NCBI RefSeq assembly: GCF_009914755.1
Contig: NC_060929.1
Direction: 5' to 3' (one strand)
Source: the human T2T-CHM13v2.0 reference genome, Homo sapiens
Length of the DNA stretch: 64,000 bases
The position numbers were made by a program, and so were the translations under genes. The notes below the pieces were generated by a model, which worked only from the letters and a program-made list of their open reading frames with translations, was not told the origin of the DNA and did not search any database. Below are positions 1 to 18,241 of the stretch, one piece after another; the stretch's first letter is position 1, and every line of letters starts with the position of its first letter.

Positions 1-3050
<3,050 letters not shown>

Positions 3051-4379
3051 AGAGAGAGAAGAGATTAAAAGGTATATGGGTTGTTTGGTTACAACAGGAT
3101 GCTAATAATGGTAAGTATGACAGAGCCCTCATTTTAGGCCAAGTAGATTAGTTTTATGTTAAGAAAATTTCTGCTATAAATGGGTATACTATTGAGTGCA
3201 GTTAGACATATCAATGATCCATCTGCTTCATCAGGAAGTGAGAAAACTGAATGTAGCCTCATCACTGTGAGTGAAGTTTCAAAGTGAAGGGCTCACATTT
3301 CCATGGATGCAGAACTGGTGAATATCAAACCAGTTATTTATTTGTAAATGTCTCAGAAATTAAAGATCATGCTATGTTCAATTTCATGTTAACCCAGCAC
3401 CTTTCTCTTCCTGGGGCCAAACTAGCCTACAAAATGACACAGAACATCAACCTGTTCTGATTTTGTTACCTTTACTCCCACATCTTTCCACAAAGCTTAT
3501 TGTAAAGAAAAGTTAATTGCAGATATGACTAACTACACAAAGCTGACACATTTAATATATAAAAAGCTTTTTATTGCCAGATAAATGCTTTCTCAGCTGC
3601 TGTTTTATTGAACAGCAAATGGTGATACCCAAAGATGGCTAATAACAGGTCTGATTTCCAGGGGATTACACAGAGGTTGTACTCTGCTTTCTACCTTCTA
3701 TTAATGAGAGGTATGAATTTGAGTCAATTAAAATTTTTTTAGATGACATACCTATTACATGTAAAAACTTACATTTTATGACTCATAAGGGCAAATGATT
3801 AGTATAAACTGTGTTTCTTATTTAAAATACATTAAATGAAAGATCATACTTGCATTTGGCATTCTTATAACTTTATATAAAGAGATTTCTGGTATTTTCT
3901 CATTTATTTCCCACCACTTTTTGTGAATAATACGTTACCTTATAGATTCTCAGCAGAGATTTGAAACTTTCAAGGGAAAATGCTATATAGTAGGAAAGTT
4001 CAGATTCTTTTAAAAAAATCAACTTTTTATTCTATTATATTAATACTTAAAGCAACTTTTGGGATCCTGTCATTTTTTCGATGTCTGCTGGAGAATTACT
4101 GCCTATACATTAACCATAGTGCTCAGATTGTGTGCTCAATCCGACTCTTCAGTTATCATCCACTTGTCCGTTAATCTTTTGTTTGTGATGGAATTATTGT
4201 TCCACAATTATTGAAGAAGGCCAAGTTTATTGTAACATCAATTTTCAGTGTCGTCACACATTAATGAAAGCTCTCTTATTGAAAATTTGTATGACTTGTT
4301 AAGAAAAGTATCTACTTGCACAAGATTATTCTATCAACAATTTGGGTGTCTCACTGACATTAATTATTCCAATTTTACA

Positions 4380-4740
4380 TTTTTAATTTTAGATTTATTT
4401 TTAATAAACAATACATACACATAGGAAAGGTTTCAAGAATTATGAAAAGTATGCGTAGCGAAAAGTAAGCCTCTCTTTTATTCATCTCTAGAACAACCAC
4501 TCTTACCAGCATTTTTCGTAGTCTTCTAGAGATATCCTATGCATATGCCAGAATGTAAAAAAATCCATCCGCTTTTAAACACAAGTAACAGCATGACATA
4601 TAACGATTTTTTACTTTGCTTTTTCATATAATAATGTATCTTGGAGATAGAGCTTTTCATATTCAGTTTTATTGGTTTTTATGGCTGTATTATATTCCAT
4701 CATAATTCTTGAATACACAAAGGGTCTCTGATCCCTTAAG
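4380..4740 (-). mobile_element. Old L1M (L1MC/ME-like) 3' end fragment
   Basis: Resembles the reverse complement of an L1ME 3'UTR (cttctagagatatcctatgcat; atgtatcttggagat). Confidence 0.55.
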
Positions 4741-4744
4741 ACTT

Positions 4745-7700
4745 TTTCTTTTAATTTCTAATTCTAGATACAGGGGATACATGAGCTGGTTTGTTACAAG
4801 GATATGTTGCATGATGCTGAGGTTTGGGCTTCTATTGATCCTATCACCCATATAGTAAACATAGTAGTATTCAATAGGAAGTTTTTCAGCCCTTGCCCCA
4901 TTCCCTCCATCTCTCCTTTTGGAGACCTCAGTGTCTATTGTTCCCATCTTTATATCCATGTGTACCCAGGGTTTAGATCCCACTTACAAGAGAGAACATG
5001 TGATATTTGGTTTACTGTTTCTGTTCATTTGCTTAGGATAATGGCCTCCAGCTGCATCCATGTTGTTGCAAAGGACATAATTTTGTTCTGTTTTGTGAAT
5101 GTGTAGTATTCCATGGTGTATATATACATTTTTCTTTATCCATTCTACCAGTGATGGGCACATAGGTTTCCTGTTTTTGCTATTGTGAATAGTGCTGTGA
5201 TAAGCATACAAGTGCAGGTATCTTTTTGGTAGAACATTTTATTTTCCATTGGGAATATACTCGCTAATGGGATTCCTGGGTCAAATGGTAGTTCTGTTTT
5301 AGTTCTTTGAGAAATCACAAAACTGCTTTCTACAGGGGCTGAACTGTGTACATGTTCCCTTTTCTCTGCAGCCTTGCCAACATCTATTATTTTTGACTTT
5401 ATTAGTAGTCATTCTGCTGTTGGTATCCCATTGTGGTTTTGATTTGCCTTTCTCTGATGATTAGTAATGTTGAACATTTTTTCATATGCTTGTTGGCCAT
5501 TTATATGTCTTCTTCTGAGAACCGTTGATGTCCTTTGCCCACCTTTTAATAGGGTTATTTGTTTTATGTTTGTTGATTTGTTAAAGTTCCTAATAGATTC
5601 TGGATATTAATCCTTTGTTAGATGCATAGTTTGTGAATATTGTCTCTCATTTTTTAGGTGCCTGTTTACTCTGTTGACACTTTCTTTTCCTGTGTGGAAG
5701 CTCTTTAGTTAATTATATCCCACTTGTCAGTTTTTGTTTTTTGTTGCATTTGCTTTTGAGAACTGATAGAGTTTGTATGTTTATCCCTGCCCAAATCTCA
5801 TGTTGAATTGTAATATCCAGTACTGAAGATGGGGCTCGGTGGGAGGGATTGACTCATGGGGGTGGATTTCTTATGAATGATTTAACACCATCCCCTTGGT
5901 GCTATCCACGTGATAATGAGTGAATTCTTGAGAGATCTGGTTGTTTAGTATATGAACACCCCCCAACTGTCTCTATTGCTCCCTTCTTGCCTTGTGATGT
6001 GCCTGCACCCTATTTGCCTTCTGCCATGATTGGATGACTCCTGAGGCCTCCCTAGATGCAGATGCCACTATGCTTTCTTGAATAGCCTGTAGAACCGTGA
6101 GCCGATTAAATCTCTCTTCTTATAAATAATTCAGTCTCAGGTATTTCTTTAGAGAAGTGCAAGAATGGCCTAATACAGAAAATTGGTACGAGGTGTGGGG
6201 CATTGCTGTAAAGACACCTGAAAATGTGGAACCAACTCTAGAACTGGGTAACATGCAGAGATTGGAAGAGTTTGGAGGGCTCAGAAGAAGATAGGAAGAT
6301 GAGGGAAAGTTTAGAACTTCTTAGAGACTGGTTAAATGATTATGACCAAAATGCTGACAGTAATACACAGTGAAATGCAGGCTGCCAAGGTCTCAGATGG
6401 AAATGAGGAACTTATTGGGAAGTGGAACTTATTGGGAATTGAAAGGTCACCCTTGTTATGCCTTAGCAAAGAAAGTGGCTGTATTGGGTTCATGCCCTAG
6501 AGATCTGTGGAAGTTTGAACTTGAGCATGACTACCTAGGGTATCTGACAGAAGAAATTTCTAAGGAGCAAAGCATTCAAGATATGGCCTGGCTGCTTCTA
6601 ACAACCTATACTCAGATGTAGGAGCAAAGAAATAAGTTGGAACTCATATTTAAAGGGGAAGATGAATGTAAAAGCTTGGAAAATTTGCACCATAGCCATG
6701 TGGCAAGGAAAGAAAAAACTTTTTTGGGACAGGAATTTAAGCAGGCTGTTGAGCAACAACTTTCTAGAGAGATTTGCATAAGTAAAAAAGAGCCAAGTGC
6801 TAATAGCCAAAACATGGGAAAAAGGCCTCAATGGCATTTCAGAAATCTCTCAGTATGCCCCTAACCTCACAGGCCCTGAGACCTAGGAGGACTGAATGGT
6901 TTCATGGGCCAGGCCCAGGACCCCACTGCCCTACACAGCCTTGAGACACTCCTCTCTGAATCCTGACCACTACAGCTCAAGCCTCAGCTCAAAGGGGCCC
7001 AGGTAGAGCTCAGGCTGCTGCTCTGGACAACATAACCTATAAGGCTTGGTGACTTCCATGTGCTGTTAAACCTGCAGGTGCACAGAATGCAAGAATGAAT
7101 GAGGCTTGGCAGCCTCTGCCTAGATTTCAGAGGATTTATGAGAAAACCTGGGTGCCCTGGCAGAAACATGATGCAGGGGCAGAGCCCTCACAGAGAACCT
7201 CTACTAGGGCAGTGCCAAGGGGAAGTATGGAGTTGGAGCCCCCACACAGAGCTCCCAGAGCTGTGAGAATGGTGCCACAATTCTCCAGATTCCAGAATGG
7301 TAGATCCACAAGCATCCTGCACCCTGTGCCTGGAAAAGCTGCAGGCACTCAACTCAAGCCTGTGAGAGCAGATTTGGTGGCTGCACTCTACAAAGCCACA
7401 GGGGCAGAGCTGCCCAAGGCCTTAGGAGCCCACCCTTTGCACCAGTGTCCCCTAGATGTGGGACAAGGAGTCAAAGGGAATTATTTTGGAACTTTAAGAT
7501 TTAATGACTGCCCTGCTGGGTTTTGAGCTTGCATGGGCCCTATAGCTCCAGTTTTTTGGCTGGTTTCTCCCTTTTCGAAGAGGAATGTTTACCCAATGCC
7601 CATACCCTCATTGTGTCTTTGGAAATAACTAACTAGTTTTTTATTTTACGGCTTGCAGGTGGAAAGGATTTGCCTTGTCTCAGATGAGACTTTGGACTTT

Positions 7701-9260
7701 TCAGTTAATGCTGGGAAGAGCTAAGAGTTCGGGGGACTGTTGGGAAGGCATGATTGTATTTTGCAGTGTGAGAAGGACATGAGATTTGGGAGGGGCCAGA
7801 GGCTGGATGATATAGTTTGGATATTTGTCCCTGCTCAAATCTCATGTTGAATCATAATCCCCAATCCTGGAGGTGAGATCTGGTGGGAGGTTTTGGATTA
7901 TGGGAGTGGATCCCTCATAGCTTGCTGCTGTCTTTGTGATCATGAGTTCTTGCAAGACCTGGTCATTTAAGAGTGTGTGGCACCTTCTCCCTACTCTCTC
8001 TCTCTCCTGCTTTCACCATGTGATGTGCCTGCTCCCACTTTGCCTTCCACCGTGATTGTAAGCTTCCTGTGGCCTCCCTAGAAGCCAAGCAGATGCCAGC
8101 ACTGTGCTTCCTGTAAAGCCGGCAAAACTGTCAGCCAATTAAATATCTTTTCTTATAAATTACCCAATCTCAGTTATTTCTTTATAGCAGTGCAAGAATG
8201 GCCTAATGCAAGGACTTAGTCATAAATTATTCCCCAAGACCGATGTCCATAATGGTGTTGCCTAGGCTTTATTTTAGGATTTTTATAGTTTGAGGTTTTA
8301 CATTTAAGTCTTTAATCCATCTTGAGTTGATTTTTGCATATGGTCAGAAATAGGAGTCCAGTTTCATTCTTCTGCATATGGTTTGCAGTATCATTTATGG
8401 AATAGAAAGTCTTTTCCCTATTGTTTATTTTTGTTGACTTTTTTGAAGATGAGTTTTTGTAGGTGTACAGCTATATTTCTGGATTATCTATTCTGTCCCA
8501 TTGGTCTATGTACCTATTTTTGTACCAATACCATGCTGTTTTGGTTATTGCAGCCTTATAGTCTAGTTTGAAGTTGGGTAATGTGATGCCTCCAGATTTG
8601 TTCTTTTTGCTTAGGATTGCTTTGGCTATTTGGGCTCTTTTTTGTTCCATATGAACTTTAGAATAGTTTTTTCTAATTCTGTGAAAAATGACATTGATAA
8701 TTTGATAGGAATACAGTTGAATCTGTAGATTGCTTTGGGCAGTACAGACACTTTAACAATATTGACTCTTCCAACCCATGAGCTTGGGATGTTTTTCCAT
8801 TTCTTTGTGTTGTCTATGATTTCTTTCGGCAGTGTTTTGTAGTTCTCTGTGTGGAGATCTTTCACCTCCCTGGTTAGATATATTTCTAAATATTTTATTT
8901 TTTATGTGGCTATTGCAAATGAGATTGCACTCTTGATTTGGTTCTCAGCTTGTATGCTATTGGTGTATAGGAATCCTATTGATTTTTGTACTTTAATTTT
9001 GTATCTTGAGACTTTGCTGAAGTCATTTATCTGGTTTAGGAGCCTTTAGGGTTTGCTAGGTGTAGAATCATATCATCATTGAAGAGAGATAATTTGACTT
9101 CCTCATTTCCTTCCTTCTATTGCTTTCTGTTGCCTGATTGCTGTGGCTAGGACTTCCAATACTATGTTGAATAGGAATGGTGACTGAACATCCTTGTCTT
9201 GTTCCAATTGTTAGAGGGAATTCTTCCAGCTTTTGCCCACTCAGTATGATGTTAGATATG
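4745..9260 (-). mobile_element. 5'-truncated L1 (L1PB/L1MA-like), split by an MST insertion
   Basis: Minus-strand ORF 8626-8865 is L1 ORF2 ([19 protein letters not shown]). 3'UTR lies at 4745-5100. Sequence resumes colinearly at 8211. Possible TSD tttcttttaa at both ends. Confidence 0.9.
5764..8210 (+). mobile_element. Full MaLR element, MSTA/MSTB-like: LTR 5764-6177, internal region, LTR 7808-8210
   Basis: Both LTRs run TGA..CA and end cctaat(a/g)ca. The internal region starts gaaaattggtac and carries the MaLR ORF remnant (ggctcagaagaagataggaagatg). 5-bp TSD agaac (5759-63) / aggac (8211-15). Confidence 0.92.
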
Positions 9261-9409
9261 GCTTTCTTTTAAGACATATTTAAAATGAAGATAGATTTCC
9301 TTTCTCATAATCAGAATACATAACAATTTACCTTCCTATACTAATTTTGAATATTTTTGGGCAAGAAAATCAACTTAATATGTTTGCTTATGCAGATAAC
9401 AGGCAAATG

Positions 9410-9600
9410 CAGTGTGGTTTCAACTACTGACGCTTTATAGCTAAGTAACTTTGGGCAAGTTATTTTAAGCCTCTAAACCTCAGGTTTTTCATTGGTAATG
9501 TGAAGTAATACCCATCTCAAAATATTGTTGAAAAGATAAGACAAATTAGTGACTATGAAGCACCTTAGCTCAGTACATGGAATATAATTAATGCTATATC
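9410..9600 (+). mobile_element. MIR SINE
   Basis: Core-like taactttgggcaagttatttt..cctcaggttttt. Confidence 0.65.
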
Positions 9601-9649
9601 TAGACTGTTTAGATCTATATTTACCTGCATATCTATACCTATTTATATG

Positions 9650-9975
9650 TTTTTATCTGCACTTGTCTATGCCCAGGACCACAAGAATATCCATGTCTTC
9701 ACTGTATGAAATTGAAATAAGGATGACTGTCCTAGCTAAAACCACCCTGATGATTCTCTATACTTTTTCCATGCTTTATTTTTCTTCATACCACTTACTG
9801 ACACCTGACATTATATTATACAGATATATTATATCTGTCTGCTTTCACTAGAATATAAACTCCAAAAGAGCAAATAGCTTGTTTGTCATGTTTGTTATGG
9901 TGTCCTACAGTCTAAACTTGCTGACTCATAATAGGGGCTCATTAAATATTTGCTTAATGAATGAATGAATGAATT
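9650..9975 (+). mobile_element. L2 3' end
   Basis: cactagaatataaactcc..; ends aaatatttgcttaatgaatgaatgaatgaa, the typical L2 tail. Confidence 0.7.
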
Positions 9976-11499
9976 TAATAAATATTTATTGCATATCTAC
10001 ATAAGACCTTTCACTGAGCTTAACTCTTACAATTAAAAAGACATTGAATATCTAGTTTTTCATCTATTAAATACAGTGCATGGGATGTGATAGAATTTTA
10101 GAATCAAATCAATAGGATGTGCATTATTTTCACTATCATGGCTTCTGGGCAAATAACTAAAATAATTAGAATCTAGTAGAATCAGGTTTCAGGAGGTAAA
10201 AGTGGTCTGAGTGATATGCATCCAGGCTCTTCAATTCCCAAATAAAGAGAATTCAGCCTGAAAGGCAAAGTTTGAACTTGAAAAATGATCTCCTGACTCA
10301 CATACTTTCTATCATATTAATTTGTCTCTCAAATATCTACTGTGTGTTCAGCTTAATACAAACCATTGTCAGAGTCTAGGGGTATAAAACAATGTATCTG
10401 TCTGTCTCTGAGGAGATATCATTTGAGAAAACAAGTCTAACACACATGAACCATTAGAGAATACCAGGAGATACCACAGTTCTAAAGATAGTGATATGCA
10501 ATAAAGTGATTCAGAGATACTCAAGGAAAGATTCCACGGGAGCCATGGAACTTCAGCCAGACCGTGAAGGATGACTTCATTTGGAAGAGAAGTTTGAGAG
10601 AAATATTACAAGTGAGGAGACTACATGGAGAAAATGTGGGAATGAGCATAAGTGCTTATGAGTCAAGGAGAAGGGAAGCAGATGACATATTGTAGGAGTA
10701 CATGATAGATAAGTGGTGGGAAGTATTGTTGGACAGGGAATGTGGCACAAGTAAAACAGCCTACACAACATTTATCTCTCTGTGATGTAGGAGTTTAGGC
10801 ATAATGGTGTAGGAACTGGAAAAAAAATGGAAGGATTTGATAAGGAAACTGATGTGTTGAAAGTGACATTTAAGGCCAGTAAGACTGGTGATGTTGTGCT
10901 TAATGGGTTAGGTGGAGACAGCCTGGATTTAGTATAGCCAGAGATGTTGGAGGAGGATGTCATTTTCCTCCTGTACACTTTTGGTGCCTGCATCCATCAT
11001 TTGCATGTCATAGGGACTGGCTGTCTTAAATCTATCTATCTATTTCCTAACTAATTTCCCCAGTAACTCTGGCACCCGTTACCTCCTCGGTGAAATCTCT
11101 GAAATTGTCAAGTTGTTGACTATACTTTCTCCTTTGTATGCCAACTATAGTTGGGTATTTCATGTCAATTACTATCTACCATATACTAAGTGGGATATGT
11201 GTATTTACCAGTTTTCTCTGATCAACGCCGTGTGCTCTTTTAGTTCATATCGAGTCTGTCTCATACCTTAATGCAGTACCTGATACAAGTGGATCTGCAC
11301 AAAAGTTCATTAAATTGTTGCCTTCTTCTCCACCTGAAGTCCTTCTGGGTTACCTCAATATCTACACATACTCTTCTAGCATCACACTTGCCTTAGGATT
11401 TCTACTCTCCTCAGCTCTAAGGATTTTTGCCTACTCCCATTTAGTCACCTACTTCAAAGCTGCTCCTTCAACCAGATTGGTTCCAATTCTGAAATATTA

Positions 11500-13200
11500 G
11501 ACCTTTACAAGTTGTTATATGACTAGAGCATCCTATCATTTTGGTTCTCATCTGCCTATTTCCTAGCACCCTGACCCTTAATCTCATCATCATCTCTTAG
11601 GCCATCAGTCTTGTCCTGGCTTCACTTCCTTCTTTCTGGCACAGATCCATGACACATAAATACCCTCAACTCTTTTGGCCTCTTGTTTTGACTGTACCAG
11701 CCATGTATCAGCCATGGAGAAAAATCATACAACTGGGTTGATATGGAACCTCCACAGATTCATGGCCTGCAATATACGCTGGTCTTTCACACTGCCTGTA
11801 ATTTATCCTCATTCTCCTAGTCAGCTCACTTTCTCCATCTCACTTTGGTGTATTCCAAGCCTTCACTACTCTCCTCATGTCTTCTAACCCACCATTACTC
11901 TCAAGAAAGAATTTCAACTTCCACTTAACAGATAAATAGAATTAATCAGGCAGGAACCTCTTCAATTTCCCCCAAGATAACTTCCAGTTCCATTTTACAA
12001 TCTATGTCCAGAGCGAATTTCTCCACCTCTGCTCATTGTTTTCAAATTTCCACCTTGAATTCACTGCTCAGTCAATTGTAATGTGATTTCTGCTTGACCC
12101 TTACATACCGTGCCTCATTACTGAAACTTGTCTTGCTAAGAGTACTTATATCTTTGTAATTGCCAAATTTCTTGGACAAATTTCAATCTTTGTTATCTCA
12201 ACTATTCTCCAGTGTTTGACACTGATAACTGTGTCCCTGCTTTTAGTATTTTTTTTTTGTGTCTCTGGTTTCTGTGATATGCCCTTCCCTTGACTTTTCT
12301 TTCTTTCTCTGTATTTGTTCTGTGTTTACTTTAGGAGCTCCTCGTCTTTATTCTCTTCATAAATTCCACTAGTCCTTGAGGCTCACCTTTCCTCTCCCCC
12401 ATCCCCTTCCTTTCCTAACCCTCCCTTCCCTTTCCCCTCCTCTCTCCTCCTCTCCTCTATTTCCTCTTCTTTTCTTTTCTCAATCTATGTACTTTCTGTG
12501 TATATTATCAAAATCCATGGCTTTGACTACAATGATGATTGACAAAATCTCTATCTCTACCCCAAACTTCTCTGTTAAGCCAAAGAAAACGTAATCAATG
12601 GAACACCTCCATTTTGGCATCCCGCAAGAACTACAAATTCAACCTGTCAAAAAATGAACTCATCTTTTTTCCCAAACTTCCTTTTTTTCCATCCTACTTT
12701 GACCACCCCAAATCTGAGAATCATCCAAGACTTTTCCTTTGCCTGCTCTCCCAATTTTGGAGTCTCTAAGTCTTGTCATTTTAAACTCCATTATCTGATC
12801 AGTCTTCTTTGTGTCCTCACTGCCACTAACCTGGTCTTAGTTTATAGGATTCCTATATTACAACAGCTTTCTAACCAATCTACTGGTTTCATTTGTGCTT
12901 TTCTAAACTATTCTGTAAGTCACTGTCAGTTTCTAGAAAGCAAAACTGCTCATTTTCCCATTATACTTAAAACATTTCATTTGTTCCTCATCTCTTTCAG
13001 GATAAAATTCAAATTCCTTGATATGGCAATAACAAGCACTTGGTGGTTTGGCTCCAGATTCCCTTTAAAGCTTGCATTTCATTCATTTATTAAGCAAAGA
13101 ACATGTGCTGAGCACTCTGCTAGGCAGTTAAGATGCAAAGAGAATAAGACAGTTCCTGTCCCAAAGAAACTCATAGTCTAGCAGAGGAGAATGACATGTA
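11500..13200. mobile_element. Degenerate L2 fragments (mostly + strand; a - strand tail near 13080-13200) with a pyrimidine tract at 12385-12480
   Basis: L2-like motifs (tttgacactgataact, ctgctcattttcc..ttaaaacatttca..aggataaaattcaaa; cattcattcatt). Confidence 0.55.
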
Positions 13201-13383
13201 AACAAATGTTTTTTTACAAAATAGGGAAACAGGAATAACACCAGGAGTCTAGTCTAGGCTCACCTCTCTAGTCTAATTTCAGCCATTCTCCACATAGGCA
13301 CACAAACACAAACACAACTCTAACTGTGGCCTTAAAGCAAAGATTACAAACTAAAAACTCAGGAGCTGAATCATATCAGAAAA

Positions 13384-13889
13384 TATATTACTTTTTTATG
13401 GCTGCTATAACAAATTATGACAAATTTGGTGTCTTAAAAAAACACAAATTTATCCTTCTATAGTTCTGAAGGCCACACAAGTTCAAAATCAGTTTCACCG
13501 GGCTAAGCTCAAGGTGTTATTAGAAGGGCTGGTTTCTTCTAAAGGATCAGGGGAAAGTTTTTTGTTTTTTGGTTTTTTTTCTAGTTTACAAAGCCTGGCT
13601 GCATTCTTTGGCTTGTGAACCCTTCTTCGCATAATTCCCATCTCTTGCCTCCATGTCACGTCTACTTCTCTTTTATAGTCAAATCTTCCTCTGCCTCCCT
13701 CTTCCAAGGACACTTGAAGTGTTGTTACATTTGGGACCCTTTCAGATAATCCAAGATAATCACCCCATCTCAAGATTCTTCTCCTTAATCATATTTGCAA
13801 AATCCCTTTTGTCACTTAAGATAACATATTCACAGGTTCCAGAAATTAAGACCTGGATATCTTCCAGGACCATTATTCAGCCTGCCACA
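13384..13889 (-). mobile_element. MLT1 (MLT1C/D-like) solo LTR
   Basis: ggctgctataacaaattatgacaaatttggtgtcttaa.. through gataatccaagataatcaccccatctcaag, ending cagcctgccaca. Confidence 0.85.
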
Positions 13890-14707
13890 GAAGACATGTT
13901 TTACTTTGTCTACAGAGTGGTAATTTAAAAAAAAAAACAAAAAACAAAAAAAAAACTTGCTAAGAATGAAAAATTTTAAGATACTATATGAAAATTCGCA
14001 TTTCTGGCTTATTTTGAGAAGCCAGGAAGATCTGACCTCTCTGGACCTGCAACCCATCTACATGGCTATGATAGGCCCATGCCTTCAAAGTGGCCTGCAT
14101 TTGGCTTAGTACCCATCAGTTCCTACTGCCCCGCATTCAGCTGCATTTTCTCATCCACACTGTCTGCCTGGTGCCTGGAGACATTGGAGTGTGTGAGCCT
14201 TGTGCTAAAATTTTTGTGCCTTTTTGCAAGTCTCCACCTTCATAGATGTTCATCTCCTCCTCCTAGAGTTCTTTTTCTCATTCTCCTTCCTCTGCAATCA
14301 CCTGGATACGCCTACTCATCCTTCAAGAACAAGTGAAAGTTCTCCCTGTCTGGGAAACTTTCTCCACATCTCCTGTCTGTGTGGAATAGTAGCTCTCAAC
14401 ACCTGTATGTTAATGTTTGGTTCACTTCATCTGTCACCTCCTTGAAGGCAGAGTTAGAGTCTTCTATCATTAGCACATCACCCACAGTGGGAATTCAATA
14501 GATGTTTGCTGAATAAATATATGTGATGGATGAAACCAGTGACACTACAGATATGGGTGTTTATTATGAAGTTAAAAAACACTATTAAAATGCTATTAAA
14601 AGAAGAGATTTCAGCTATAAAAAAGAGGATAATTTTTATTTTCCCATATAGCAGCTTTCTAGAAAGAAGAGAGGGGACCACATACTTTTGAATGAGAAAA
14701 GATTTGA

Positions 14708-15213
<506 letters not shown>

Positions 15214-18200
15214 TCAGGATGACTGGGAAACATAAGACCTGGTCATACTCTGCTTTACAAGAGTGACAGATCTACAAATAATATCAGAGGGCTGGATGTC
15301 TAGCATCATTTCAGTTCTAGCATGGTGAAAGTGCTCTAAAGAGATACAATTTGAATAATGAAATTGGTAAAATCTTGTGGAAGACGCAAGGGAGACGGAA
15401 AGCTTACCTGAATCATGAATTATTCATGCTTCACTGGAGAACAATGAGGTAGAACTTTGGCTTTTATTACCGCTTCTGGTACAAAGTGATTAGTTTTAAT
15501 TTTAGATGATTGCTCATGCTTATGTAACACACTAAATTCTATTTGGGTATTAACATTTTTGTTTTGACCATTCCAATTTGAGACAATTTACTTGAGGTTA
15601 TGGAATTGTTTCTTTCTAATGAATGCATTAGAATTGAATATTAAGATATATGGAAGACTTCTTCCCAGTCCTCACGGTTAATCAAATAAAGTAATTTTTG
15701 TCTCTGATGCAGAACTAGAGATGAATAAATCTTTGAACTAAAATTAGATTAAACTGACACAGTTGTCTGAAGAACAGAAATATGCACACCCTTTGCTAAT
15801 ATTTATTACCAGAGAACATGCGTGTTTTTTGCTGTTGATCATAGAGATGCTGGCTGTGACATGAATTGAACTTAAGTTACAAGTTGAATTTCTAAAGTTG
15901 GCAAAGGTGGTTTAGCTGTTTTTTCACAACAAAGAATATTGACTATGTAGTGGTGAACAGAAACAATCTAAACAATCTAATATCAGGGTTGTTTACCATA
16001 ATCACATGAATTTAGCTATAGATACCCTGTTCAATTTTTGCTAATCAATAGTTATAACAAGGGTTTTGAATCTAGAATTTCTTTGGTTGTCTCGCATATT
16101 CTGCTTATTTTCAAATTATAAGGGGGTAGTTATGGATCCCTTATGAAGCTTATTTTAAGATTGTGTTACTTTTATTTATATTAAAGTAGACTCATTCATA
16201 TTATTGTTATGCAGTTTTTAAAAATTGATCTCAGCAGAGAAAATGGTAATTTTTTCTGTGATCCACCACCCACTGATACCATAAGTTCAAAGTCAAAAGA
16301 ATGACTGCAATAATTTAAAAGACAACTAGATGAATTATTTTCAGCTAAGAAAAAAGTATTAATGAAAACAACATTAAAAATACTGATTTTAATATTAAGG
16401 CTATAATAATCTTTAATCTCAGGATCAAGGCTTAATTTAAATTTGCAGGCAATTAAAAAACAACAACTCTACATGTATTTAAACCTCTAGTGATCTCAGA
16501 CTGTGCAGCTCTCTCTTGGAATTAAATGAGTCTCATGAAGTGTGTTTTTCAAGAATTAGTATAATGGCCTAGATCTGAAGAAAAGTTTTAGTTTTTACAT
16601 TTTGAAACACAGACAGTTTTAAAATATCTTAGACTGAAAATAATCTTTTTTCATCTTAACACTATGCATTTTGAACTAAAAATGTATATTTGGTTCAAAC
16701 AGTACTGTGGAAATAATTGTATACCTAAACACGTGTTGTTTGTGTTAGGATCACCTGTTAACTTGTTGACTTTTTTTCTGAAATAATAGAAAAGCTAGTC
16801 CCTAATATTTGGAGATAATTGTCATGATTTAATTGTTCTTATCATATGAATAGAGATAAAATTGATTCTAGAGAGCTGAAATGTAATAATTCTCTTCCAA
16901 ATTATGAAGATGAAGGTTCATCCCCACAAACTTTGGCAAGTGACATTTCTTAAACTTCTTTTTCAAAATAGGACAAAAATGAAGAATCTATACTTTTTAG
17001 AGCCAAGAGTGACAGAGGGGTCACTTTTTAGTTGTCTTCAGCCTGGCTTTAGCCACCAGTGCAAGTCTTCTGCTGTTTTTGTGTAGGAGTTGCCCATCTC
17101 ATCAGTTCAAGTGCATTTTCTCAAAGCACAAAGGTAGAATACTGTCCCCTCTTTCCCTCTCAAGAGTTGCCATGGTAATATCCTTTCCTTGTGCTTCATG
17201 AGAAGCAATGGCTTTCTCTACCAACTAAGAGAGCTGAAAGTTCGCCACCTGCTTCACTCTTCAAGAATGAGTTGGTCTTAGTCATCACACAATCCCCTCT
17301 CCCTCACATTTCCCAACCCCACACTCTGAAAATGTAAGCCCTTCGGAAGATGAATGACCTTTAGGATATTGCTTCTGCAAGGTTGATGGCACTTACTTGA
17401 GAGATTAGATTTCATTAGATCATTCCATGGAGCTTTCCTTTACCTATGCCATTTTTTGCTTTACCTTCTGATGTCTCATTTTCTCTGAGAGAGAAGAGAT
17501 GTAACAGTAGCATTTACTTCCTCACAATCATTTCTAAGAATATTGCTGCTGTTTGCCTACTACCTGAGGATTCTTGGAAGAAAAGTGCTTTGTGCTTCTA
17601 AAAGGTATGAAACATTTTTTGGTATTTGTGAAGAGATTTACCAAATTGAATGACTCTTAGAATAAAAGTGAACAACTCTACCTGGAAAAGAAAGCCAGAA
17701 AAATGTCTGAAAATACTCTATTCTTCTGAAGCCTTAAAAATTCACTGTGAGTTCAATTTAAGGTGTTAGAAGGGGCAAAGCTAGAGTGAGATAATGCAGT
17801 TATGCTCAGTACAGTGGGTTTCAGCTAAAGGTTACTCTTTAAAAAATAAAAATAAAAAACAACTTTGGTTTTTATATCTAGAGAGAAATCCTTCTTTCCT
17901 AGCTAGAGGAATTTTGATAGTGACAAGTCCACATCCTGTGACATCTGAAAACATGCCGAGGGCTCATAAGGAATCCAATGGTTTTGGTATCTTGAAACAT
18001 CTGCTAAAGAGAGGTTCTGGGAGGATCTAACAGTCCATGAAGAGTGGTCATACTCTGTACTACTTTAGGGGAAAATCTCACTTTAATGGTACCTTTTAAT
18101 ATAGTAAGCCTAAAACACTACATTCTCTTCTTACTCTGAGGAAAAAAAATTCTCCATTTTGAATTTTCTGGAGATGGAAAATGCCACGAGAAGAGGCAAC

Positions 18201-18241
18201 CCATGTTTTATTCAGAGTATAGACTTTTAGTGATTAATACA

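Noticed and set aside
12654-13181. 175-aa ORF
   Set aside because: Lies in degenerate L2 sequence, has low-complexity F/L/S composition and shows no recognisable domain.
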